This document shows positions 1-12,658 of a DNA stretch of 64,000 nucleotides, one piece after another (within the stretch, counting starts at the first letter, position 1; every line of letters begins with the position of its first letter). Source of the stretch: Eledone cirrhosa (taxonomy: Eukaryota). The notes beneath the pieces were generated by a model, which did not search any database, had not been told where the DNA came from, and saw nothing but the letters and a program-made list of their open reading frames with translations. The stretch is from the NCBI GenBank assembly GCA_964016885.1, contig OZ024746.1:32984001-33048000 (forward strand), given 5' to 3'. The translations under genes and the position numbers were made by a program.

Positions 1-167
1 AATATCGTCTGAGACACTATAGTCATGTATATATATATCAGTCTTAGCTGTGGACATAAAGCAATACCTCTGATAAGATACATTATTTTCGTTTGGCTAT
101 ACAGTGTTTATAAATGCAGCACCAACATATCAAATGGAAATAAACATTGATAAGATTATACCAAATA

Positions 168-383
168 TTGGTTTCTGATTTAGGCACACGACCATTTTTA
201 TGGTAGGGGAAAGTAGATTACATCGATCCTAGTGCATTACTGGTTCTTTATTTTATCAAGCCCGTAAGGATGAAAGTCAAAGCTAATCTCGGCAGCATTT
301 TAACTCAAAATTTAAAGGGCCATAACTCTATGCCATAGAGCATCTGGCCCTACGCTCTACTACTACTGTCAATTCACCACCCT
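168..383 (-). mobile_element. Degenerate tRNA-derived SINE (family 1)
   Basis: Reverse complement matches the SINE consensus seen in younger copies in this window (GGGCGGTG head, CTTTCATCCTTACGGG..GATAAAATAAAG.ACCAGT core, GTGCCTAAA..AGAAAC tail). Confidence 0.75.
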
Positions 384-427
384 AAGATTACATAAAATAT
401 TAATATGATTGTCCATAACTAATATTC

Positions 428-640
428 GAAGGCGTATGGTTTGGGGGTTAGGGCTTTGGGTTTGCAATCATAAGGTTGTGCGTTCGATTTTCGAACCGGG
501 CGATACGTTGTATCTTTGAGCATGACACTTAAGTTCAAGTTGCTTCAGTTTACTCAGCTGTAGAATTGAGTTGCGACGTCATTAGTGCCAAGCTGTAGCG
601 GCCATTGCCTTTCCCTTGGACAACATCGTTGGTATGGATA
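428..640 (+). mobile_element. Second tRNA-derived SINE family, degenerate
   Basis: Degenerate A-box/B-box head (GGCGTATGGTT..GGTTAG..GTTCGATT) followed by a TTGAGCA.GACACTT..CAGTTTACTCAGCTGTAGAA body typical of CORE-type SINEs; the family assignment is from memory, not a search. Confidence 0.55.
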
Positions 641-1089
641 TTTATGTGTGTGTGGCGAGCCGCATATATTCTGGCCATTAGAAAAAGTAGCATGAATGCT
701 TCAACATCGAAAGAGGGATAGCCCCAGACGAAGAAGAATATTATAATGTTTCGGTACATACATGAGACAATTTGGTACATATTTTGGTGTTATTCCGAAG
801 TCATTTATGAAGCATAAGCTTTATTGCATTTTAGTGACAAATGTATCACTAAGTAATTAGATGGTTACAAATTTACTGGAAATAGAATTATGTGAAGCGA
901 GCCACATTAAATTGAACATGAGAAGTAATCGTATATATATTTAATGTAGAGATCATTAAAACATTGGATGTCATTAGTTAATAAATTATTTTCAATGGAA
1001 ACCTCATACTTATTTATGTCTTATTCTGAACTCATCGACGATTCATGACATGTTAGTATTCTGCAATTTGGTATGTAGTTAGGTATGTA

Positions 1090-1380
<291 letters not shown>

Positions 1381-1547
1381 GAGATGAGCTGGTGTAGAAA
1401 CGGTGTGAAAGTGAAGCAAAAATTATATGGTGGAAAATCAATACAAGGATATAGGTTATAGGAAAATTAAAGAAGCGTCAGTGGCTTTGTATTTATGTAC
1501 TTAACAGCTTTTTTATACTCATGCTTACATATAGATACACACACACG

Positions 1548-1675
<128 letters not shown>

Positions 1676-1816
1676 TACACACACACACACATATATATAT
1701 ATACACACTGAAACGTACGGATAGAAAAAGATTCACTATGGTGTCTAATAGGTATAATCCAACGAAATCACATTATTAGACAGGCACACACATACGCACA
1801 GACGCACATACACAGA

Positions 1817-1942
<126 letters not shown>

Positions 1943-1983
1943 CTGTATATATATATCGCAAATATATATATTTTTTTGTGTGT

Positions 1984-2021
<38 letters not shown>

Positions 2022-2594
2022 AATAACATCAACGGACACAGGCATTATAGGCTATAGAATAATAATACAAACCTTTAAATTATTTAAATACTAACCAACT
2101 TAAAGTAAATTCTTCAGATGTCACCATAGATCTGTAGCACAACATTTAATAGACCTTTAGTTTTTAAAAGTTTAGTCAAACACATAGGTCGAATGATCCC
2201 CCACCCCACTTAGCAGGACTACATTCAATAATGCAGTTCCATATTATAACAGTGAACTAGGTACAAGTGCATTGGTGAAAGGTCGCCGCATCACTAGCGC
2301 AAAGCCGCCAAAGTGTTATGATGGGTATTTTGATTTCATCTTCAAGACACACGAGAATCCTATTTTAAACAAAAATACTTAATGTCAATCCAATGTTTTA
2401 TGCAATAATATTATGTATATGTGTATGTATACATGTATGTGTGTATGGGTGTATTCATATATATATATTAAAGTATGTATGTGTGTGCGTGTGTGCCTGT
2501 GCGTGCTTTAAGTATATCGAAACACACAATAATAGCGTGTTCAATTCATGACAATGAAATGTTTCTTATAACTTAATAATTCAGAGCCAGGAGA

Positions 2595-3080
2595 ATAATG
2601 TTTAGTGATAAATGTACACTTTTGTGGAAAGACGAGGAAAACTGACACCCTGACACAAGAAATTAAATATGAACAGCATGACAGTTAAAGCTTTAGATTC
2701 GGATTAGAAGTACACATATCTTGGACAGGATGAGAATGTCACGTATGATGGAACCACTGTTAAAGAGAGGGTAAGGAATAAATACCTCAAGAGTGTATAG
2801 AATCTATTGTCATAAGACGTTACAGTAGGTAGGTGTGCATGCATACTCGTTCTAAATATGGAAGAATATTAGTGGAATGCTCAAGAAAAAATTTAGCAAA
2901 TTGTAGTATTTGCAAGCCAAACAAAACAATCAGGAATGGAAATCCGAAAGTATTTGCAGTAGTGAAGAATAATTATTCAGATGATGTTAAAATCATGGTA
3001 AATAAAGCATCTCTAGGTTTAAAGTGGTTCTAACAAAGCTATTCTACCCTTTCTTACCAACGACAGCAGAGAAATGTGGG
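2595..3080 (+). mobile_element. Old R4/Dong-like RT remnant (third family)
   Basis: Hand translation gives ..DKC..ERRGKL..KYTYLGQDENVTYDGTTVKERVRNKYLKSV* with stops, resembling the YKYLG region of R4-clade RTs; 3' limit uncertain. Confidence 0.5.
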
Positions 3081-3596
3081 TCACATCAACAGGTTTAATT
3101 TTAACATTTCACTTTATTGAGTTAATTAATAGAAATTCTGTCGATCCCGGAAAGATGACAGGGAGGCCTGAACAGGAATTGAACTGGATGTATTAAGTGC
3201 CATTATTCAATATCATGCTGAAAGGAAATGATGGGGCGATAAACCCTTCAGTATTTCCATTATCAGAAACTACGTTTACTTAACTTAGCCATTGTATTTG
3301 AAGTAGCTATAAGATTTTTGCGATATATTTTCTTTACCGGGAGTAGAATTATGTATATATTTTGAATCACGGATATTTAATAAAAGATATATTGTCAGCT
3401 AGATGATGTGTTGTTGAATTGGTGAATCTTTACAATTACATTCGTTGCTTTGGGTTTTGATGTGTTTGCCATGAATCTGACCTCCAGTCGGAAAGTATAA
3501 ATAAAATAGGAAGTGTAAGATCATGTATATTAAGCTATCTAACTGTACAATAGTCTACCGAATACTCACGCATACACACAGTCTCACACACAAACA

Positions 3597-3900
<304 letters not shown>

Positions 3901-3904
<4 letters not shown>

Positions 3905-4313
3905 GGAGGTGAGTTTTATTGTAGTACAATAAAGCAATGCAGATATCGGATAAGAAGCACTCTACAGTTTGTAGGACTGGAGTATGCATAATATAAGATC
4001 AAAAGATGGTTAAAGGAGTTCAATGTATTTTATTATGCGCATTTCAAAAACAAACATCATCATGCAATAATATTTGTGTTTTCATCAGATAAAACAGGAG
4101 AACATGATATGAAGGCTAAAAAACACTTGTGGATAGTGCAGATATATGTTGATTTAAAACTGCACTATCCACAAGTGTTTTTTAGCCTTCATATCATGTT
4201 CTCCTGTTTTATCTGATGAAAACACAAATATTATTGCATGATGATGTTTGTTTTTGAAATGCGCATAATAAAATACATTGAACTCCTTTAACCATCTTTT
4301 GATCTTATATTAT
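3901..4313 (-). mobile_element. Penelope-like inverted pseudo-LTR insertion with tail, family P1
   Basis: ~154-bp inverted arms (3988-4141 / 4160-4313), tail 3901-3987, hammerhead in each arm, flanked by (TA)n; same sequence as 41093-41945. Confidence 0.8.
4206..4274 (+). ncRNA. Type I hammerhead ribozyme with minimal palindromic stem III (mirror copy on the - strand in the left arm)
   Basis: GTTTTAT-CTGATGA-[stem II AAACACAAAT..GTTTGTTTTT]-GAAA-TGCGCA-TA-ATAAAAT. Stem I pairs; predicted cleavage after AUA at 4267. Confidence 0.8.
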
Positions 4314-5029
4314 ATATATATATATATATATAAATATATATATATTTAATTAGTTGTTTACCAAACAAAATATTAAAAAAATATGAATATATATAGATAA
4401 ATAATAGCAAAATTAGTCTTTGATAATTGATAGAAAGTATCCAAAGATACATTATATTAAAACAAATCCATACGTAAGGTCAGAGCACGTACGACAAGGA
4501 ATTCAAAGATAAATATTTGCAATATCACGTTAAAAACCGCTTAAGTATAGAAGTGTCTCGGTGGTCGAGTCGTAGAATTGCCGGTTAAATGTATATTTTA
4601 AATAGCACAAAATGTAAAGTGCTAAATGCCCGAAAAAAAAAAAAATCTATTTAGTCGCTCCATTTGCTAGCGAGAAGGATAAGTTATAATATAAATAGAT
4701 CGATTGATCGTTGATTCTCGTCATACTTCGGCTACGCTTGGCTCTACCTTGCTTGCCTTTGTCCTGACCGTTCATTCTCATTGTTCTTCTGTAGGCGTTC
4801 AGTCTGAACATACAACAATTATGCTACACAATAGAAATATTAATCGACTGCACATCAGAACAAGAAACTCTACCACATCAAATACAAAATCGAACACATT
4901 TTTGAAAAAAAAAAGAATATTCAAAAAGAACATTCACATTTTTGAACATGGTGAAAAATATGAACACATGTGGAATAGCCTACTGATCTTACCCAGAAAA
5001 TTATAATTAAAACCGATATTTAACGAGCC

Positions 5030-5706
5030 AGAACAACAAAAAAAAACAACGGGAACAAAGGTCACTCAACAAAATGAACATGGAAATATAACTTTTTAAA
5101 TTACGAACCACTGCAAATAAGATTTATACCCACCCCAACAAAAATCAAACTTCCCAGAAAGAAAAACAACATCACGGAATTCTGTGAGAATGCTCAGGCT
5201 AGCTGAACTTTTCTCCGAAAACAATGATAATGAAGACGAATCACTAGTTAGAAATAAAAGTGATTTTTGCTCGAAAAAAAAAAGAAGAAATAAAGCACTA
5301 GACTCATTCTACGAACACATTATGAATTTTTCCATTGAAAAAATTGAAAAAAGAAACACCAAATCAAATTTAGCAAAACATGAATGGAGGAACCTAATTG
5401 AGTTACAAGAAACCACGGAAATAATTACTAAGAAAGCTGATAGTGGTAGCACTTAAAATGTTAGAAGTCAACAGTTACTACAAAAAAAAAGAAAGAATCA
5501 ACTAACTAGAAACAATACAAAGTAATAGAAAATCTTTTAACTTTACTAAATAAGTACTGCCAAGGCCTAACTACGAATGAAATCGAATACATAAGCCACC
5601 TCATATGAAAAAAGAACAAACAAGCTAGTATATTTCGAGGCCTACCGAGAATACACAAATGGAAATTGATAGCATCAATTGTGGCATTTCTCAAGATGAC
5701 CCTCAT
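5030..5706 (+). mobile_element. Degraded Penelope-like element ORF (N-terminal region, start of RT)
   Basis: Fragments FIPTP, SNLAKHEWRNL..IITKKADSGST (the 'IIKPADKG' motif) and IFRGLPRIHK (the 'FYGLPKIHK' motif) in shifting frames. Confidence 0.65.
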
Positions 5707-5715
5707 AAATAAATA

Positions 5716-5920
5716 ATAATTGTTTCTACTTTAGACACAAGACCAGCAATTCGATTAAATCGACGCCAGCGCATTACTGATGCTATATTTTATCGACCCC
5801 GTAAGGATGAAAAGCAAACCTAAGCTTGGCGGAATTTTAACTCAGAACATAAATGGCCGTAACTCTATGCAGCAAAATATGGTGTCCGATGCTCTAACCA
5901 TACTGGCAACCCACCGCCCT
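5716..5920 (-). mobile_element. SINE family 1 at the left edge of the (AAT)n array
   Basis: Reverse complement runs AGGGCGGTGGG..CTGAGTTAAAATTCCGCC..CATCCTTACGGGGTCGATAAAAT..GTCTAAAGTAGAAACAATTATT; its head abuts the (AAT)n tract. Confidence 0.85.
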
Positions 5921-5936
5921 TAATAATAATAGTAAA

Positions 5937-5993
<57 letters not shown>
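5921..5993 (+). repeat. (AAT)n microsatellite, target of the retroelement array
   Basis: Visible here; further spacers at ~8014-8075, 8236-8249, 8888-8941, 14972-14990, 18494-18535 and 18858-18869. Confidence 0.95.
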
Positions 5994-8013
5994 TTACCAA
6001 CTATAGACCTATCACATGTTTACCAACTATAGACCTATCACATGTCTGTCCGTAATGTGGAAACTATTGACAAGCATTATCTCTGAGGAAATCTACCATT
6101 ACCTCAAACAACTTGTTACCGGACGAACAGAAAGGATGCCGAAAGAAGTCCTGTGGTACAAAGGACCAGTTACTTATTGATAAGATGGTAATGAGGAATT
6201 GCAAGAGGAGACACACTGGTCTTGCCATGGGATGGATAGACTACAAAAAGGCATTTGACATGGTGCCTCATTCGTGGATCACCAAAAGCCTAGAGACCTT
6301 CAAGGTGGAAGATAACATCAGACAGTTGTTGGGCAAAAGTATGAAGTCCTGGAAAACAGAGTTAACATCAGCTGGAGAATCATTGGGAGGCGTGAAGATC
6401 AAGAGAGGTATGTTCCAAGGAGATAATCTGTCCCCTCTGTTGTTTGTCCTTGCCCTAATGCTCCTGACCATTATACTGCGAAAAGTGAGAGCAGGATACA
6501 AGTTGGGAAAGGGAGAGCTTACCATCAATCACCTCCTGGACGATCTTAAGCTCTTCGGGAAGAGTGAGGAGTTGGATGTGCTTGTTGACACTGTCCGTAT
6601 TTTCAGCAATGATATATGTATGCAATTTGGTATTAGTCCTTGTGATGAAGAGGGGTAAATTGATCAGAGCAACGGAATCCAGGTACCAACAGGTGAGATG
6701 ATAAAGGAAATTGACACTGAAGAAGTATTTGGGTGTTCTGGAGGCTGATGACATCAAGAACAAAAAAATGAAGGAATTGATAAGATCTGAATACATTCGG
6801 AGACTAAGGAGCGTATTAAAGTCACATCTGAACAGTAGGAATGCCATAAGTGCAGTAAATTCCCGAGCTGTGTCTATTATTAGGTACAGTGCGGGAATTC
6901 TGAGATGGAATGTTGCTGAACAAAAAGAAATGGATAGGAAGCCTAGGAAGCTATTGGCTATCTACAACATGTTCCACAAGAGGAGTGATGTCGATAGACT
7001 CTACTTAAGGAGATCTGAGGGTGGAAGAGGTCTTATCAGCATAGAGGACTGTGTTCAGATGGAGAAAAACAACCTACACAAATACGTGACTGATAGTAAG
7101 GAGCCAATGATCAGAATTGTACTGATGGAGAGGACAATAGACCAGGGGATGTCCAAGGAGGAAATAACAACAAGGAGAAAGAGCAGCCTTCATGAAAAAT
7201 CCCTTTGAGAAAACTGAATTCAGAGATCCACAAACATGGAACTGGTTGAAAAGAGGAGACCTTAAAAAGGCTACAGAAGGAATACTAATGGCTGCGCAAG
7301 AGCAGGCCCTCAAAACGAAGTGGTTGAAACGCCATGTTTACAAGGAGGAGGCTAGCCCACTGTGCAGGATCTGTGGAGAGAGAGAGAGGAGACTGTGGCT
7401 AACATTGTAACCGAGTGTAAACACCTAGCCCAGACTCACTATAAAGGCTGGAGACATGATGTGATGGGCAGGGTGATCCACTGGCACCTATGCAAAGTAA
7501 ACAATTTACCACATTCTGAGAAGTGGTATGAGCATAAGCCAGAGTCGATGATAGAAAACGATCAGGTGAAGGTGCTGTGGGATTTTAGGATACAGACGGA
7601 CAAGAAACTGGAACACAATAGACCTGACCTGGTGGTTTTGGACAAGGAAAAAAGATCGTGCCTGATTGTGGATGTGGCCTGCCCATTCGACACGAGAGTG
7701 CAAGAGAAGGAGAGGGAGAAAATTAACCGATACCAGGACTTAAAGTGGGAGGTAAAAAGGATTTGGAACTGCCATGAAGTCAAAGTGGTCCCGATTGTCA
7801 CAGGCACACTAGGTACTATCTCAAAAAGTTTCCAGGGATGGTTAAAGAAAATTGGTCCCTTCACGCTTTTTGGAACGCTTCAAAAGACATGCTTGCTGGG
7901 AACAGCAAGAACCCTCCGATACGTCCTGAATATCTGAGGCTGCAGGTAGTGGCTTGATATTCATTTCAACAAACTTTCCAGTTAACTAACATCAATGACT
8001 GAGACTCAAAGAA
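5994..8013 (+). mobile_element. 5'-truncated, frameshifted R4/Dong-like non-LTR retrotransposon (family Dong-A)
   Basis: ORF pieces 6113-6658, 6711-7208, 7192-7410 and 7362-7937 are colinear with 15027-18419 ([36 protein letters not shown]); same 3'UTR; (AAT)n both sides. Confidence 0.93.
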
Positions 8014-8026
8014 CAACAACAGCAAC

Positions 8027-8075
<49 letters not shown>

Positions 8076-8234
8076 GTCCAGCCACGCATTTTGGAATACT
8101 TCAAAAGGCATGCTTGCTGGGAACAGCAAGAAACCTCCGATACGTCCTGAATATCTGAGGCTGCAGGTAGCAGCTTCATATTCATTTCAACAAACTTTCC
8201 AGTTAAATAACATCAATGACTGAGACTTAAAGAA
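8076..8234 (+). mobile_element. Very short 3' fragment of Dong-A
   Basis: Matches the ORF end and 3'UTR of 18340-18495; flanked by (AAT)n. Confidence 0.88.
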
Positions 8235-8249
8235 CAATAATAATAATAA

Positions 8250-8887
8250 CCGAATACCTAAACAGGCACGACAGAGCTGCACAATACATACATTGGATAA
8301 TGTGTAAGCATGTTGACCTGCCCCATCAAAAGAATTGGTGGGAGCATCAACCAACTCCCATACTTGAAAAAGATCACATCTCAATCTTGTGGAACTTTAG
8401 CATCCAAACAGACCGAAAAATAGATGAAAATTGACCTGATATAATAGTGAAGGACTTTAAAAAGAGGGTATGCCTGCTAATTGATATGTCTGTTCCAATA
8501 GACAAGAATGTATCTATAAAAACATTTGAAAAATTGAGCAAGTATAAGTACCTGGAGATAGAAATTGGAAAAATGTGGAAATTGAGAACTAAAACAATAC
8601 CAGTGGTTGTAGGCGCTCTAGGAATGATACCTAAGGGGTCTAATGATTACTTATCGCAAATCCCAGGAAACCCGCGTATAGGAGAAATACAAAAGATAGT
8701 ACTAATGGGAACTGCCCATATACTAAGGAAGATTCTGTCAATATAAGTACATCACAAGTCTAAACACCTAAAGATGCATGTGTGTATGTATGTTCTTTCT
8801 TGAGCATGGCGGACCTTGTTGTCTCTTGAGGTCACTGGTTGTGACTTGGTGATAACTCGTATGAACATAAAGCAAAATAAATGCAAC
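8250..8887 (+). mobile_element. 3' fragment of a second R4/Dong-like family (Dong-B), RLE domain
   Basis: EYLNRHDRAAQYIHW..WWEHQP..PDIIVKDFKKRVCLLIDMSVP..EKLSKYKYLEIEI..PVVVGALG..GTAHILRKILSI* (ORF 8447-8746); distinct 3'UTR; (AAT)n both sides. Confidence 0.88.
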
Positions 8888-8943
<56 letters not shown>

Positions 8944-9203
8944 TTTCTTTATTAACCACAAGGGTTTACATAAAGTAGACATTAAGGACAGTGCAGGACA
9001 ATGCAGGACGGTACAAATGGGCATTTCTGCGTGTAAAAAAACAAAAACAGAGGATGTAACAAAAATAACAATGAAAATAACAATGAAAAATTCCCCAATA
9101 GGGGGGAGACTTCGGAGGGACATTTGTGGAGAAAGCCCAGTAAAAAGCCACAATGACCCTGACCACCAAGGCAAGTGCCCTCTCCCAGTTTTCCACCTTT
9201 AGT

Positions 9204-12200
9204 TTACAGATATATACTCAGAGTCGGCCCATTCACTCGGGCCATTCTTGCTTCTCTCACCCATCTTTCAACAAAATGCTGGGAAGAGAGCACTTCCCTC
9301 TCTACTCTGATTTTCCTTTTCAAATGAAATTTGAAAAAGTCAATCAGAGCATCACCGAAGAGGTAAGTGCTCGTCTTCAGCCCTTTCAAACGTGTCCACC
9401 ATACTATCTCTTTCGCCATGGCCACCAGACAGATAAAAACTGCCTGCCCTTCCCGGCTAAAGGAGGAGGGCGGGGCAATCCTCACGATGGACTCAGATGA
9501 TAGCTGGATCCGTCCTAAACGCGACAGCAGGTGTTCGACATAAACCCACAAGTCAGCAATTTTCGGACACTGGACGAGTGCGTGCAGGACGGTTTCGTCG
9601 CCCTGCGCGCATCTCGGACATGCCCGGCTGACGGCACCTCCATGCCTGTAGAGTTTATCCCGAACTGGCAAGGCTCCTCGGTAGCACTGCCAGGCCAGAG
9701 ATTTCTGGAAGTTGTCCATAGGCCCTGGCCCGAAAGTTCTTCCGAAGAGATTGGCTAGTTGATTTTCGTCGACGCCTAGAGTTTCCCCAAGTACGTCGTC
9801 GCTCTTCCCCTCCACTAATCCTCTATAAAACGCCGAGGTGGAGTTTCCACCGATCACATTGCCCGATTGGTCGAGGGCTGTGAGCGCCTGAAGACATTCC
9901 AGTCTCCAGGCGCTCCCTCTCGGTCTTCGCTTGACCCAGGACTGCAGCTCCGTCAAGGAAACGAGCTGGGGAAAAACGCGTCTAGCAAACGGCGACCACA
10001 CCTGATCACCGTCGAGGAAGAGGTGGAGATGTCGTAGCCTGAGCGCGTGCCTGCGCATCATCAGCCACGGCATGCCCAGCCCTCCACGTAGCGGGTGTTG
10101 ACAACAGATGGACCGCCTGACCATCGGAGCACGTCCCTTCCACAAAAAGCGAAAGAGCAAACGCTCCAGCGCAGTCAGGCGAGGCTTAGGACAAGGTACG
10201 ACGGTTAGGCGGTAGCAGATGACAGACGCGATGTACGCGTTAGCCACCTCCGCTCGACCTTTCAGGGATAGCTTCCTCTCCGCCCATTTCTGGGTGAGAG
10301 AAGCCACCCTGCTCGTCACCTCGTCCCAGTTTTTGTCCGTCTGGAGGTCCGGACCGAACCAGACCCCTAGCAATTTAACCGGTCCGTCCGTCCAGCGCCC
10401 GACGACGCTGTTGGACGGCATGGACCTGCCTCTCCAGGTGCCGAGCTGCAGGCCCACTGACTTTTCCTGGTTGATCATTGCTCCTGTCACCGCTTCGTAT
10501 TCTCTTAGTGTAGTGCCGATCGCCTCGATGTGTTTGGCGTTCGACACCACTACGGTGACATCGTCCGCATATGCTGACACGGATCTTCCGCATCCTAGTT
10601 CGCGCGGGACTCCCCTCAACGTCTCCAGTTTGTGCAGTAATGGCTCGAGAGTCAATACGTACAAGAGGGACGAGAGGGGACATCCTTGGCGGACCGAGCG
10701 CATGATGTTGAACGGTTCCGACAGGTGACCGTTCACTCTCACCACAGAGCAGATGTCGCTGTGCATGGCAGCGATCCAGCCTCTGAAGACGGGCCCAAAG
10801 CCAGCCGCCCTCAGGACTGCCGCTAGGTAACGATGGTCGACCCTATCGAAAGCTTTCGACTGATCTAAATTGATCAAGGACCCACCCGTGCCAGGTTCCC
10901 TAGCTACCCTCTCTACGATGTATCGCATGAGGTGGAGGTTGTCGTGGATGGATCTGTCGGGAATGGCGCATGTCTGCGCCTCTCCCACCAGACCACCAAC
11001 GACAAGCGCCAACCTCTTTGCTAGCACCTTGGCCAAAATCTTAAACTCTGTGTTTAGCAGAGTTATGGGCCGGAAATTGTCTATGTTATCCCCCTTGTTC
11101 GGATCCTTTCTCAGCAGTGCCACCGCTCCTCGGCTCACAGAACTGGGAATTCTCCCGTTCTGTTGCCAGTTGCAGTAGACGTCCGCCAAGAGGCCTCCGA
11201 ACAAGTCTGGCATCTGTACGTAAAGTTCATAGGGCAGACCATCCAAACCAGGCGATTTACCCCTTGTGCAGCCAGTCATTGCCTCCCGTACTTCAGCGGC
11301 TGTTATCGGCTTTTCGCAACACCTCGCCTCAGTGGCCGAGAGCCGCGGCAGCCCGTCGAGGTAGACACTAAAGTCCATCCCTCTACCCGGCCCCCCGCTG
11401 CCCCCGAACAGCTGAGCGAAGTGTCGCTGAAAAGTTTCACACATTTGCCCGGGATCGAGTAGCATGCGCCCGTCGTGGTCCACCAAAGACCGGATCGTGG
11501 CTTTGTTGCCACGACGCGCCTCCGCCACTCGGGCCCATTGAACGGCTTTCGTCCCCTCGTGTCTGAGAGCACGCACCCTAGCTCTGACAACGCAGCCTTC
11601 GTGCTTTGCATTGAAGAATTGGTCAAGGGCCAATTTCGCCGCAAGCACGTCGGTCGCAATGCCTTTGCTAAGCGCCTCGTCTAATTTTCTAACTAGTTCT
11701 CCCTCTGCTCTATTTTTCTCTATTGCTAAAGCCTTACTAAACCTAATCGATTCTATTCTAATCGCTCTTTTCAGAGCAAACCACCACTTGTTGTTGACGA
11801 TGGCCCCCGTCAACGCCCGCTTAACTAGTTCGCTAATCCGGTCTCTGTAGGCCTTGCGCGCTGGTAAGGACGCGTTTAGCTTCCAGTAGCCGGGTCCTCG
11901 TCTATGAAGCCTATCTAAGTCAAGCACACAGATCACGAATTTGTGGTCCGTGTAGCTGACTATCTTGAATTGTGGACAGCCTATGCTAGACCTATCTATT
12001 TCCCTACAAAATACTCTATCTAGATATGATCTGGATGACCCTATGCGGTTTGTCCAAGTCCACATTGGCACATTCGGGAAATCCAATCGGTACCTGTCAG
12101 ACAGTTCAAAACGCCTGAGCAGGTTGGTGAGGCTCTTGCACCCTCCACCCCTATCCGCTAATCCCACACAGTCCCAGCGTGCATCTAAGATCCCGTTCCA

Positions 12201-12623
12201 GTCGCCCACTAACACTAAAGAGCGGGACGTTCCAAGAAAGGTCTCCAGACGCCGGAAGAAATCAGGCCGCCCTGCTCCTGTCGGGGCATAGACGGCCACT
12301 AGCCTGAAAGCTTGCCCGTCTCCGCTGGTCACGTCCAGCACCACCAGCTTACCCTCTGGGTCCAGGAAGATGGCCCGTATGGCGAGATCCAAACCTCTCC
12401 GAAAAAGTACAGCAACTCCTCCACCGGATCCAGGACGGCTGGGAGATGCGTACACATCGTAGCCGCCGAAGATCGGTGCGAAGGCCCGTGCTTCGGAGAT
12501 TCTGGTCTCGCTGATGGCCACTACATCTATGTTTAGTGACCTGAGGTCGTTGAGCAGGTGACCCTGCTTCCATGACGACCCCAAGCCACGCGCATTTATG
12601 CTGCCTATTCTGAGTGAGGTCAT
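9204..12623 (-). CDS. Tx1 ORF2: AP-endonuclease + reverse transcriptase + C-terminal Cys/His zinc motif (1139 aa)
   Basis: APE motifs SINARGL, ISETR, VGDWN, SYLDRV, TDH; RT motifs KSPGLDGLPYE, NFRPITLLN, LDQSKAFDRVDH, VRQGCPLS, YADD; CPRC..ETVLHALVQC. Confidence 0.95.
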   Translation of the reverse strand: MTSLRIGSINARGLGSSWKQGHLLNDLRSLNIDVVAISETRISEARAFAPIFGGYDVYASPSRPGSGGGVAVLFRRGLDLAIRAIFLDPEGKLVVLDVTSGDGQAFRLVAVYAPTGAGRPDFFRRLETFLGTSRSLVLVGDWNGILDARWDCVGLADRGGGCKSLTNLLRRFELSDRYRLDFPNVPMWTWTNRIGSSRSYLDRVFCREIDRSSIGCPQFKIVSYTDHKFVICVLDLDRLHRRGPGYWKLNASLPARKAYRDRISELVKRALTGAIVNNKWWFALKRAIRIESIRFSKALAIEKNRAEGELVRKLDEALSKGIATDVLAAKLALDQFFNAKHEGCVVRARVRALRHEGTKAVQWARVAEARRGNKATIRSLVDHDGRMLLDPGQMCETFQRHFAQLFGGSGGPGRGMDFSVYLDGLPRLSATEARCCEKPITAAEVREAMTGCTRGKSPGLDGLPYELYVQMPDLFGGLLADVYCNWQQNGRIPSSVSRGAVALLRKDPNKGDNIDNFRPITLLNTEFKILAKVLAKRLALVVGGLVGEAQTCAIPDRSIHDNLHLMRYIVERVAREPGTGGSLINLDQSKAFDRVDHRYLAAVLRAAGFGPVFRGWIAAMHSDICSVVRVNGHLSEPFNIMRSVRQGCPLSSLLYVLTLEPLLHKLETLRGVPRELGCGRSVSAYADDVTVVVSNAKHIEAIGTTLREYEAVTGAMINQEKSVGLQLGTWRGRSMPSNSVVGRWTDGPVKLLGVWFGPDLQTDKNWDEVTSRVASLTQKWAERKLSLKGRAEVANAYIASVICYRLTVVPCPKPRLTALERLLFRFLWKGRAPMVRRSICCQHPLRGGLGMPWLMMRRHALRLRHLHLFLDGDQVWSPFARRVFPQLVSLTELQSWVKRRPRGSAWRLECLQALTALDQSGNVIGGNSTSAFYRGLVEGKSDDVLGETLGVDENQLANLFGRTFGPGPMDNFQKSLAWQCYRGALPVRDKLYRHGGAVSRACPRCAQGDETVLHALVQCPKIADLWVYVEHLLSRLGRIQLSSESIVRIAPPSSFSREGQAVFICLVAMAKEIVWWTRLKGLKTSTYLFGDALIDFFKFHLKRKIRVEREVLSSQHFVERWVREARMARVNGPTLSIYL

Positions 12624-12658
12624 GTTTAAAATAGAGTGGAAAAGATGGGAAAGACCAC

